Origin: Octopus sinensis
Taxonomy: Eukaryota
Length of the DNA stretch: 64,000 bases
Direction of reading: 5' to 3'
NCBI RefSeq assembly: GCF_006345805.1
Contig: NC_043006.1
Span: 33,790,001-33,854,000 of the forward strand
The position numbers and the translations under genes were made by a program. Shown here one piece after another: positions 52,525 through 64,000 of this stretch; position 1 is the stretch's first letter, and every line of letters starts with the position of its first letter. Under the pieces are notes generated by a model. It saw nothing but the letters and a program-made list of their open reading frames with translations. It had not been told where the DNA came from and did not search any database.

Positions 52525-52990
52525 TCTGCCAGTCATTTACACACTGCTTGAGGAGAGCGCAAGTCAGGTGAGAAGCCCACCTGGTTTTGATGTTTGATAT
52601 GCGTGTCCCAGAGTGACTGTTTTACAGTGAACTGGCGGACAGCAAGCACATGCAAGGTGGACAGAAAAGACATTTTAAGGAAGCCCTCAAAGCCTCACCG
52701 AGGAGCTCTGAGATCAGTGCTGACACCTGGGATATACATGTACAAGACAGTCTCACCTGGTGAAGCTGTGCCAACAGAGGTGCTAACTCCTACAAACAGA
52801 ACAGGATTGCAGGGACACAAAGAAAACACAAACTAAGCAAGTTCATAGCCAACTCCTTGCTTTCCCAACAGACTACCAATGCTTGACCATTGCATGCATT
52901 ACACTGGTCAGGTACAACCAAACTCACTGTGCCCTGTCTTTTTCTCCCATGTGTTAAGCTTGGACATCATCAACACTGACAAATGAACAG
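52525..52990 (+). pseudogene. RTE (BovB-like) LINE ORF2 C-terminus and 3' end
   Basis: FYSELADSKHMQGGQKRHFKEALKASPRSSEISADTWDIHVQDSLTW*SCANRGANSYKQNRIAGTQRKHKLSK, then the tail GGACATCATCAACACTGACAAATGAACA. Confidence 0.85.
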
Positions 52991-53207
52991 ATGCTGCCAT
53001 TAAGCTGACCAAAGCCTGTGGGTAAATTTTGTAGACAAAACACATTAAGCTGATAATTAAGCTGATCAAAGCCTATAAGTAAATTTTGTAGACAAAAACC
53101 TTTAAGCTACTATTAAGCTGACCATTAAGCTACAATTAAGCTGGCCAAAGCCTATGAGTAAATTTCATAGACAAAAAGCATTAAGCTACCATTAAGCTGA
53201 CCATTAA

Positions 53208-53840
53208 GGACAACTGTGTAAAGAAGTGCCGATCTTTAACTGTGGAGTGAACCTGTGGTAGAGGTAGACCCAGGAAGACATGGGACAAGGTGGTGAAGCA
53301 TGATATTCGAACTTTGGGCCTCACAGAGGCAATGACTAGTGACTGAGATCTTTGGCGATATGCAGTGCTTGAGAAGACGCGTCAAGCCAAGTGAAATTGT
53401 AGGCATGGCTGATGCTGGTGTCATGTAACAGGCACTCGTGTCAGTGGCATCTAAAAAGCACCTTTTGAGCATTGGGCCTCACAGATGCAAAGTGACTGAT
53501 GCTGGTGGCACAGGTAAAGCTCCTTTTGAATGTTGGGTCTCATGGAGGCAATGACGAAGGCCTTTGGCATTATGTTGTGCTTGAAAAGAAGACCCATCAA
53601 GCTGAGTAAAACCACAGTGATGGCAGACCAGTGTAACGGAAATGGAACTCATGCTGGTGGAACATAAAAGCATCCACTACTCTCTCACAGTGGTTGGTGT
53701 TAGAAAGGGCATCCAGCCATAGAAATCATGCCAAAACAGACTGGAGTCTGGTGCAGCCTTCCAGCTTGCCAGCCCTTGTCGAACCATCTAAACCCATGCC
53801 AGCATGGATAACGGATATTAAATGATGATGATAATGATGA
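53208..53840 (+). mobile_element. RTE-LINE 3' fragment including ORF2 C-terminus
   Basis: DNCVKKCRSLTVE*TCGRGRPRKTWDKVVKHDIRTLGLTEAMTSD*DLWRYAVLEKTRQAK*, then the shared 3' UTR and GAT tail. Confidence 0.88.
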
Positions 53841-54180
53841 TACTAAATATATACAATGGGCTTCTTTCAGTTTCTATCTACAAAATCCACTCACAGGGCT
53901 TTGGTAAACTTGAGGCTAAAGTAATATAGCCTCAAGCTGACCAAGATGTCACACAGTGGGACTGAACCTGGAACCATGTGATTGGGAAGCAAATCTCTTA
54001 TCCCATAGCCATGCCTATTATTTTGAATCTGTCCTTGACCCCATTCTGTGTTCTTCACAGTTATTTCTTTCATCATTTCAAGGTTAGACCCTATCACTTC
54101 AACAGCATCCCTAGTACTCCATCCTCTTCTTGGAAACACTATTGGCTGAGTCATACTTAGATTTTGACACATCTTATTAA

Positions 54181-54396
54181 CCCTTTACCATTTAAACCAG
54201 CCAAATCAGGCTCAAATATTCTATTCAGGTTTAAATTGGCCAGGTCTTGCCTCTCACACCTACCCTACAATGTTATTCAAAAAATAAAACAATCACATCA
54301 TTGAAATCTCAAAGCTTTGAGATAATACATGATTAATTCAAAACAATGCAAATAAATAAGCAATACATTTGACAGAGTAATCTGAATGCTAAAGGA
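54181..54396. mobile_element. piggyBac-like MITE (216 bp)
   Basis: TTAA on both sides (54177-54180, 54397-54400); termini CCCTTTACCATT and AATGCTAAAGGA (10 of 12 complementary). Confidence 0.75.
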
Positions 54397-55098
54397 TTAA
54401 AATGGTGATGACTTCTTGTCTGCGAGTAAACTTCATTGAAAAGCTCTCAAAAGGCCAAAATGCATTTGGTGTTTTCTCTAGTTGCTGTTAGGGGTGATTT
54501 TTCATGTCTGTCCAATATTTATCGTGCATTTAACACAGCACATCCCTAACACATGTTACCACAGGACAAATAATGCAGTAATTGAATTATCAAAAGTGTA
54601 TGTACATTGAATATAATACACAGATGACTATTTAAAAAAGTGTTCTCTTTCATCTAACGATGGCCTTCTGTTTTAGCACTTTTTATTCTATAAGATCTAA
54701 AACATCTTTCTCTGAACAGACGACCCTTGGAGATATTTATATACTTACACACACACACACACACGTGTGTAGTCATTGAAAAATGAACAAAAATACATAT
54801 TTTGTGTGAGTGTGTGTTTATTCACATCTTGTTACTGTAACCTATGGTTGATACCTTTTTATTCAGTTATAGTAGTAGTAATGTGGATTGTAGTGGTAGT
54901 AACATCACGTGTTGTAGCAGCAGTAGCAGTAGTAGCAGCAGCAGTGGTAGTAGCAGCAGCAGTGGTAGTAGTAGCAGCAGTAGTAGTTGTAGTAGTAGTT
55001 GCAGTAGTAGCTAGTAATAGTAGTTGTAGTAGTAGTGGTGGTGGTGGTGGTGGTAGTAGTAGTAGTATCAGTAGTAGCTAGTAGTAGTAGTAGTAGCA

Positions 55099-55134
<36 letters not shown>

Positions 55135-55577
55135 GGTATTTGCTGTTATAGTTTATATGTCTAATCCAGGTTTCCTGCAAAGAACTGCTGTTGTAATTGT
55201 TGTTGTTCCAGCTGTTGTTGTTACCATTTTCATTGATTGCAAGCAGTGCACAAGATGTGCAGTTTGTGATTTCTAATTGATGCAGTTTCAGTCTCTGCTG
55301 CAACTGAAATGCAGTTTACTTCTTTTGCATCTATTGCATATCACCTAACATGCATCGTTGGGCGTGGTGGCAGTGGTGGGGGTGGGGGGACGGAGGGACT
55401 TGGAGTTGAAGCCTGAAGTGCTAAAAACTTGTTAGCTAACTCCAGTGAGACTACTATCACTAACCACCAACATCAACACTACCACCACCACTACAGCCAT
55501 CACTAATTCAACACTCACCTGCTATCAAATGATATCCCCACACCATCTCTACTGATATCCCTGATACAACCAATACC

Positions 55578-55812
55578 TTTTTCTTTACTACCCACAAGGG
55601 GCTAAACACAGAGAGGACAAACAAGGACAGACAAATGGATCAAGTCGATTACATTGACCCCAGTGCGTAACTGGTACTTATTTAATCGACCCCGAAAGGA
55701 TGAAAGGCAAAGTCGACCTCGGCGGAATTTGAACTCAGAATGTAACGGCAGACAAAATACTGCTAAGCATTTCGCCCGGTGTGCTAATAATTCTGCCAGC
55801 TCGTCCCCTTTT
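55578..55812 (-). mobile_element. Family A SINE with 16-bp TSD
   Basis: TSD TGATACAACCAATACC at 55562-55577 and 55813-55828. Confidence 0.92.
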
Positions 55813-58078
55813 TGATACAACCAATACCATCAACACCACAGATCTGTGGATCCTCCATCAACATACACGCCACCATCTGCAATGGCTGTGATAATTCTTT
55901 CTAATTTTGGTAGACAAGGCCAGCAACTTTAGGGAAGGAGTTAAATCAATTATATTGACCCTGGGATTCAAATGCACTTTATGTTATTGATCTCAGGCAC
56001 TACATAAAAAACTCCTGTGCTGGAGCCACATAGAAAACACCTGTGCTAGTGCCACATAAAAAGCACCCAGTGCCACTCTGTAAAGTGGTTGGCATTACGA
56101 AGAGCATCCAGCTGTAGAAACCAAGCAAAAATCAGACAAGTGGAACCTTGTGCAGCTCTTTGGTTTGTCAGCTGTTGTCAGACCATCCAGCCATGCTATC
56201 ATGGAAAACAGGCATTAAATGATGATGATGGTGATTATGATGACTTTGAAGGGATGAAAGACAAAGTTATCCTTGGCAGCATTTGAACTTGGAATGTAAA
56301 AAGCTGGAAGAAATGCCACAAAGCATTTGTCTGATGTGCTAACCAACCTCATGGTTCCGGGTTCAGACCCACTGCGTGGCATCTTGGGCAAGTGTCTTCT
56401 GCTATAGCCCCGGGCCGACCAATGCCTTGTGAGTGGATTTGGTAGACGGAAACTGAAAGAAGCCTGTCGTATATATATATATATGTATGTGTGTGTTTGT
56501 GTGTCTGTGTTTGTCCCCCTAGCATTGCTTGACAACCGATGCTGGTGTGTTTACGTCCCCGTCACTTAGCGGTTTGGCAAAAAGAGATCGATACAATAAG
56601 TACTGGGCTTACAAAGAATAAGTCCTGGGGTCGATTTGCTCGACTAAAGGCGGTGCTCCAGCATGGCTGCAGTCAAATGACTGAAACAAGTAAAAGAGTA
56701 AAAGAGAGAGAGTATTCTGCCAGTTCAATACCTTAAAAGTCACAATAACAAGACAGCAAGGGAGCCTGTACATTAGGTACTTGTTAGAAATAGCAGCCAA
56801 ATTCTTCTCAGATTGATATCTTTTGTCTTTCTCTTTCAAAAGTTATATCTATTTGGCTAATGTTGTGACGTTTCATTCATTAAGCAGACAGCAGAGTTTG
56901 TGTGGTTTTCTGACTTGCCAACCCTTGTTGAACTGTCTAATCCATACACTAGCATGGAGGACAGACATTAAGTGATGATGATGATGATGACAACTCCTAA
57001 AAGAGGTAGTGCATGTGTATTTTGAATGGTCCCTCTGTCATGCCAATGTAGTTTCAGATAGCTCTTTGAACCAGTCTTCTGCTTCATACAAAACAGTTTC
57101 CTTGTTGCAGTCACTGCTGAGGTGGCATGTATTTTATCTCTACATGAGCAACTGGCATATTATACATGAAAGGTAATACATCCTTAGGTACTGCTCTAAG
57201 CCACTCCCTCTATACCTGTCTCTCATTTCTGTCTGACCTCTGTGTACTCCTTCATTCCCTTTCTCTTTCTATTCTTCTTTATCTTTTCCCCTCTTATCTC
57301 TCTTCCCCTCTTCTCTGTCCATCAATCAGTCCATCAATCTGTCCACATGTCTTTTCTTCATTCTGATCTTACAAACTTTTAAATCATTTATCATTCCAGG
57401 TGACATAATTTTGCGGCCTGACTTTTGAGTTATTGCCTTTCTACTAAGAATATTTTCCCCTTAGCTTAGAAAAAATTATCTGTTTTCTTTTCTGACATAC
57501 TTTAGAGAAAATGGCTATTGCCTCTTCTATGACCATTTCACAGAATCCATTCCAAATCTGAACAAACATTTACAAATCAGAAATCCAAAGTATATAGTAT
57601 GAAACCAAGAGTTATGTAGCCCCTGTGGGTGCAAGCATGGCTGTATGGTAAGAAGTTTGCTTCCCAGTCACAATAGGCTTCTTTCAGTTTCCATCTATCA
57701 AATCCACTCACATGGTTTTGGTCAGCCTGAGGCTATAGGAGAAGACACTTGCCCAAGGTGTCACACAATGGGATTGAATTCAAAGCCATGTGGTTGGGAA
57801 GGAAGTTTCATACCACACAGCCATGTTAAAAAGAAAATTAAAATAAAAAAAAGATAGCCATAGACCCTCAGAAAATTCAAACTTATAACTCCAGAGTATC
57901 TCTTTTAACATTTTTTAAATACGTTTGCTGCAATAATCCATTTGAAAGGTTTGAGTTAGAGAAACTATTTGTTCACCAAAAGTAACACAAGTGTTTGTAT
58001 GAATTGTATGTCCAGTGTATTAAAGTTATAGATAAAATAGTTATTGTGAATAATGGAGCTGAAAAATTGATGTGATAT

Positions 58079-58246
58079 CCTGTTGATCTGATGAGCTAGC
58101 CTTCTATATCTACATTGATTTATACTATGCAATTTATAGCATACACACTAGGGCAGACATGTAAAATAATTTATTATACATTAAACTAAATTATTTTTGC
58201 ATAGTGTTGGCTATGGAACAGCTGTTATCCTATGGAGATCAACTGG
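58079..58246 (+). ncRNA. Decayed hammerhead-like motif
   Basis: GTTGAT-CTGATGA (58088-58094)-GCTAGCC...GGCTA-TG-GAAC-AGCT-GTT. The stem I partner ATCAACTGG (58238-58246) is displaced by 11 nt. Confidence 0.4.
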
Positions 58247-58320
58247 TGAAATAAATCATACCTTCTGACTTTCTTTATATTCTCTCTATGTATTATATAT
58301 ATATATATATATAATATATA

Positions 58321-58354
<34 letters not shown>

Positions 58355-58492
58355 TACACACACACACACACACATATGTAACTTGAAATTTTTGTTTGCT
58401 ACATAAGTTTCTATGACCAGTAAAGGTAATAAAATCACGAAGATGCACATCCTGTTGGGGTTTTTAATATTTTTTAATGTTGTGGTTCATGT

Positions 58493-58582
58493 ATTCACCT
58501 GATGAAAACGTTTTTTTTCTAATGATGTAATGTCTCCATTAATTATTTAATTAAAAATACGTTGGAAACTGCTGTAGTGAAT
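58493..58582 (+). ncRNA. Type I hammerhead ribozyme-like motif (best preserved)
   Basis: Stem I ATTCAC/GTGAAT (perfect 6 bp); CTGATGA 58499-58505; stem II AACGT/ACGTT, extendable through the T and A runs; GAAAC 58565-58569; TGCT; GTA 58574-58576. Confidence 0.78.
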
Positions 58583-58798
58583 TGACACATATTTACATGT
58601 TGTTATTTATTCATTTATGTATATAATGTATGTTTTTTCTATTTGTTAAGTAAATAGGATCACAGTTTTGTTCAAACAACTATCTAGGTTGGCTGTTATA
58701 CATCAAGAGAGTGAAAAGAAAGGGTGTATTGATCATTCAGCTCTATGTTTTTTGTACCACAAAATAAATAAAAAGTTTTACACAAGTAAGCACGCATG

Positions 58799-58861
<63 letters not shown>

Positions 58862-58941
58862 CACACATACATACATACATACACACACGCAAAGATTTAG
58901 TTATATGTCAGAATGTATTTAGATACATATATGTATATAAA

Positions 58942-58972
<31 letters not shown>

Positions 58973-59251
58973 CCACCTACATAGTTATATACAAACATTT
59001 AATTTCATACACGTATTTACATATATATATATACATGGACATAGAGATGGGAACTGATAGCAGTTATATTCCATACAAACACACACAATACATACTAAAT
59101 CCATAAATCTTGGCAGAAACACATAGTTGCAATAAAACACTCTTAAAAGTCAGGAATCTGTTGAAAATTTAAGTTCAATAAATTGAATACTTACCAAAAA
59201 TTCTTGCAAAATTAAATTTCATTTTAAATATTTCAAAATAAACCAATTTGT

Positions 59252-59277
59252 ACTTACCTAAAAAAGAAAAGAAAAAC
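59252..59277 (-). other. Recursive-splice-site-like motif (polypyrimidine tract, TAG|GTAAGT)
   Basis: Minus strand GTTTTTCTTTTCTTTTTTAG|GTAAGTAC with the junction at 59258/59257; a second G|GTAAGT donor lies 63 nt downstream (59195/59194). Confidence 0.5.
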
Positions 59278-60776
59278 ATGATGAATATAAAGAAAATATG
59301 ATAAACATAATTAATATTACAGATTGATAATTGATGTGCTTAGAAATCAAAATCAAAATTAAACAATCAAATGTGCAAAAGATTTGTAGACACCATTGCA
59401 GTGGCTTAATGTGTTTCTGAGAAAGTTCTTCAAGCTTCTTCATTATAGAAGCTATGTGCACTTCAGTGAATTCCATGTTATCATTAAAATGGTAAATATG
59501 AGAGGCTGGAGTCATATCCTGTGTAGTCCAAAATCCTAATCAAGACATTCCATAATAAATATACGCTGGCTGCAGATGAAAATGCTAATTGAATGCTTTG
59601 ATCTTTGTGTGGCTATATATATGTGTGTTTTTGTATGTGTATGTCTGTGCGTACACACACACACATATATATATTGGGTCATCTCATAAATAATTATTTT
59701 TTCAATTGCGTGTATTAAAAGTTGGAGGGGGATAGGATAAACTACCTGCATCAACTTGCTATGAAAGCAGGTAGTAATTTTACTGTGTCCTTATTCCTAG
59801 GGCTGTTTTGAAGAGTAGTTCGATTTTAACAGTTATTTTTTCAAAGCTACATACCAAAGGAGCATATTTGGTATATTTTGCTTTATGAGCTCAATAAGGG
59901 CAACAAGGCAACGAAAAGTATGAGGGATATTATTGTAGTATATGTGGATCGGACAAGAACAGTAAGCCAATGTCAGCAGTGGTTCCAGAAATTCTGAGCT
60001 GGAAACTAGGGTCGTCTTTCAGGCTGCAAACTGAGTTGGAGGCAGATTTACTTCTGCCTTTATAACACGTTAAGAAAACATTGTTGTAAGAATGTACGCA
60101 GCATGTGTACTACAGCAGTACTGTGCGTAGCTTTAATACTGAGATTGAAAGACCGGCGAATTGTGCCTAATCTACAAAAAAGCAAAATATTTTGCATTTT
60201 ATGCATAGCAAACAGACTAACCCTCATAATTTTATTAAATTATTTTAAGCTTATTTTAGCTTGAAAGGAAAATGTTACTATCAATCTATTTTATTCGAGG
60301 TAGGCACTGTCTACCTTGTCTACCCAAGGGCACATCCCTGTTCTAGATGCACAAGGTTCTCATGAATGTGATATTAGTTTCCTGACCTCTCTGGAGTTTC
60401 CTGTGCAGTCATTTCTTTCTTTTTTTTTTAACTACAATAGACTTGATGCCAATGTTTTGCAATGTTGTCACTATTGATGGGTCACCATTAAAGCGAGAGA
60501 ATTTGAAGTGAGAATAGAGAAAAACAGAACAGACGCAGACATTGTAAAGCATCTTGTCTGATATTCTTATGGTCTTTTATTACTTCTTGATCTCAAAACG
60601 ATGAACACAAAGTCAACCCTGGTGGAATTTGAAATCAAGGTGTAGAGAGCCATATCAGATATCCAAATAGACACTACATGATATCGTATACTATCATATA
60701 TTTTCACAATTCTGCCAAAGTTACACACACACACACACACACACACACACCACACCACACCACACACACCACACAC

Positions 60777-60821
<45 letters not shown>

Positions 60822-61013
60822 AGTCACTCATAAGAAAACAAATGATTCAAATGAACGGAAAAAACCCCAGACAAAATTGAATGTGAGGACATGCACAAGA
60901 AATGTATAAATTTGATGCTCAGAGAAAGGAGAAAGGGAAAAGTCCAAAGAAAGAAAAGAAATTGTCAACGGGACAAGTGAAGTTACATGAATATATATAT
61001 ATATATATATACA

Positions 61014-61641
61014 CGAGGGACGTTCAGTAAGTAATGCCCCTGACCCACTTGCAGTTGTTTGATCTAGCTGAAATTTTGCATATACAATTATTTATATCTC
61101 TATAGATTAAGTGGCAAATTACAGCTCTGAACTAATTGTGGTTTCTGATTTACAGGTGTTTGAACTGAGTCAAGTGTGAAATGGAGCCTGTTGAGTGTCG
61201 AGCAGTGATCCGGTTTTTGTATTTGAAAGGACGCACACCACGGGAGACTTTTGATGAAATGAAAGTAACTTATGGTGATGATGCCCCATCATATGACCTT
61301 GTAAAACGCTGGCATCGTGAATTCAAACATGGTCGGAACTCTGTGGAAACAGCTCCCAGATCTGGTGGCCCCCCCCCTCTGCCATTGATGAGGCATCTGT
61401 CTGTCAAGTTGAGGCTGCCATTTTGGAAGATCAACACATAACTATTCTGAAGTCATGTCGTGGTTGGAGGACCAAGCTGGGGTCTTCTACAAAAACGGTC
61501 TCCAGAGCTGCATCAAACGATGGGAGAAATGTGTAACTCTGGGTGGTTCCTATGTAGAAAAAGACTAATAACTGTGCCAAGTTTCGTTGCTCTACTGCTA
61601 TGGGAAGTGGGTCAGGGGCATTACTTATTGAACGCCCCTCG
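61014..61641 (+). mobile_element. Internally deleted mariner (irritans-like), 628 bp
   Basis: TIRs of about 37 bp, CGAGGG(A/G)CGTTCA(G/A)TAAGTAATGCCCCTGACCCACTT. MEPVECRAVIRFLYLKG...WHREFKHGRNSVETAPRSG is fused to FYKNGLQSCIKRWEKCVTLGGSYVEKD (61181-61568). Confidence 0.93.
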
Positions 61642-61906
61642 TATGTATTATGTATGCATAATGTGTGGGTGTATATATATACATATCTGTCTCTACCTCT
61701 CCCCTCTCTCTCCATATGACTAGTGTTCAGCCATGCCTGACCTTTCTTTCTTGGTTCGACTACCATCCGTGCAACATCTATATTCCTCCCCATGCCTGTT
61801 ATCTCTTATGTCCCTGCTGTAAGGCTTCACTTTCATACACACCAGCTTAATCTAATTCGTCCTTAGTCGAAACTACTTGCTAACTACATTGAATTTATTT
61901 CATATA

Positions 61907-62505
61907 TCATCATCATCATCATCATCATTTAACATCCATTTTCCATGCTGTCATGGGGTTGATGGTTTGACAGAAGCTGGTCAGTGGAAGAGCTGCTTGG
62001 AAATTTTGGCATGATTTCTATGACTGGATGCCCTTCCTAATGCCAACCACTTTACAGGATGTACTGGGTGCTTTTACACGACACAAGCATGGGTGCTTCG
62101 TATGAAGCACTGGCACAGGTACATTTTATGTGGCACCAGTACCTACAAGCCCAGAAGATTAGGATCACCCAGTTGAAGAAGGATACAGAGGGTGAGTCCA
62201 TATGCAAGGGCAGCTATGATTTTACTTAGCTTGTGATGTCTTCTCAGGCACAGCAAATGCCCAGTAGTTTTGGCTCCCTGCCATTCCCTCAGTGAAGCCC
62301 AATGTTTGAGGATCCTTTCTCACCACCTCATCCTATGTCTTCCTGGGTCTACCCTTTCCACACAATCTCTCCACAATTAGAAATCAGCACCTCTGATGCA
62401 GTTGTCCTCATCCATATGTATCACATAACCATACCTACAAAGTCTGCTCTCTTGCACATTACATCTTATGCGTCATATATAAAGAACACATCAAAAATGC
62501 ATATC
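61907..62505 (-). mobile_element. RTE-LINE 3' fragment including ORF2 C-terminus
   Basis: IRCNVQESRLCRYGYVIHMDEDNC...GRPRKT-like remnant plus the shared tail. Confidence 0.8.
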
Positions 62506-62643
62506 AGAAACAGATGTAAGCCTAATATATATTATATATATTATATATATTATATATATATATATATATGTATGTATATATTTATATATATGTATATATA
62601 TATGTGTGTGTATATATATATATATATGTAATATATAATATAT

Positions 62644-62684
<41 letters not shown>

Positions 62685-62771
62685 TTATATATGTATATAT
62701 ATTGTGTGTGTGTGTATATATATATGTGTATATATATATATAATATATATATAATATATATATATAAATAA

Positions 62772-62847
<76 letters not shown>

Positions 62848-63293
62848 TAATAAGTCTTAGGGTAGCAAAAAATTTTTGAAAAATTCTTAGCTACCAGTGG
62901 TCTAGCAAGAAGAAAAAAAATTAGTCAATAGACTATATATTATTCATATCAAAAATACACTGTACATTTAAACACATAAGAGATGGCCATAACAAGTCAG
63001 ATGACCTGTTATGTGTCACCCATGCTGGTGGCACATAAAAAGTATCATTCGAGCGTGGCCGATGGCAGTGCTGCCTAAATGGCCCCCATGCTGGTGGCAC
63101 ATAGAAAGCACCTACTACACTCTCAGAGTGGTTGGCGTTAAGAAGGGCATCCAGTTGTAGAAACCTTGCCGGATCAGACTGGAGCTTGGTGCAACCTCCT
63201 GGCTTGCCAGTCCTCGGTCAAACCATCCAACCCATGCCAGCATGGAAAGCAGACGTTAAACAATAACGATGATGATGATGATGATGATGATGA

Positions 63294-63335
<42 letters not shown>

Positions 63336-63907
63336 GACATACAAACTCTCATATACATAAATGTATGAGTGGGTGTGTATGTGGGTATGTGCATGTGTAT
63401 GCATGTGTGTGTGTGTGTGTGTTTGTGTGTGTGTGTGAAGTTAGTAAGATTATATAACAGGATTAGAGAATAGTACAGATGTGGGAAGTCAGGAAGAGGT
63501 TGCAAGAGATGTGAAGAGATGTGAGAGATGATGGGGATGAAACAGAGGAAAGATTTTATGAAGGTGACTGTACTGCAACTTGTTAAGAATGTGTGTAAGA
63601 ATGTGTGCATTTATATGCCTGTGTGTGTGTGTATCTATGTGTGCGCGTGTGTGTGTGAGGGAGAGAGAAACAAAGAGAGATAGAGAGGCTGTTAAGAGAT
63701 GAAAACATTAAAGATAAAAGTTATATAACCTAGATTCTAATATTGTCAAATTTGACAGGTGAACTACCTTTATGTCATGTTTGTGTGAGCATTGCATTGT
63801 TCTGTGTGTGCACGTGTGTATGTGTGTAGATGGGCTTTTGTATATCTATTTGTACATATACATATTTGTAAGTTGGCATACTTATGTCTATGTTATGTAA
63901 TCATGTT

Positions 63908-63942
<35 letters not shown>

Positions 63943-64000
63943 ATAATAAATATGTGTAAATATATATATATCATCATCATCAACATCATCATTGTTTAAC

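Overview
AT-rich animal genomic DNA, inferred from its repeat content to be an octopus or other coleoid cephalopod intron or intergenic region. It is dominated by (TA)n, (CA)n and (GAT)n microsatellites, several tRNA-derived SINE families, 3' fragments of RTE-clade LINEs, four decayed Tc1/mariner elements, and hAT-, piggyBac- and Helentron-like non-autonomous elements. No host gene could be named. Only a few low-confidence minus-strand exon candidates and a CpG-rich, promoter-like island (about 22.7-26.3 kb) were found. Nearly all long ORFs in the supplied track are microsatellite artefacts. The main signal is a dispersed set of type I hammerhead-ribozyme-like motifs: four well-formed (4287-4383 +, 34555-34679 +, 36693-36734 -, 58493-58582 +) and two decayed. 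All have a very short, near-palindromic stem III (Penelope-like, dimer-type). Three have 42-73 nt AT-rich loops in stem II, and three have a non-canonical A.G at 10.1/11.1. Other notable items are a Helentron-like element enclosing a gypsy integrase fragment, a fold-back mariner, a consensus recursive-splice motif on the minus strand, a transposon-borne cassette exon and a pre-miRNA-like hairpin in the CpG island. All structures were folded and aligned by eye; no searches were run.
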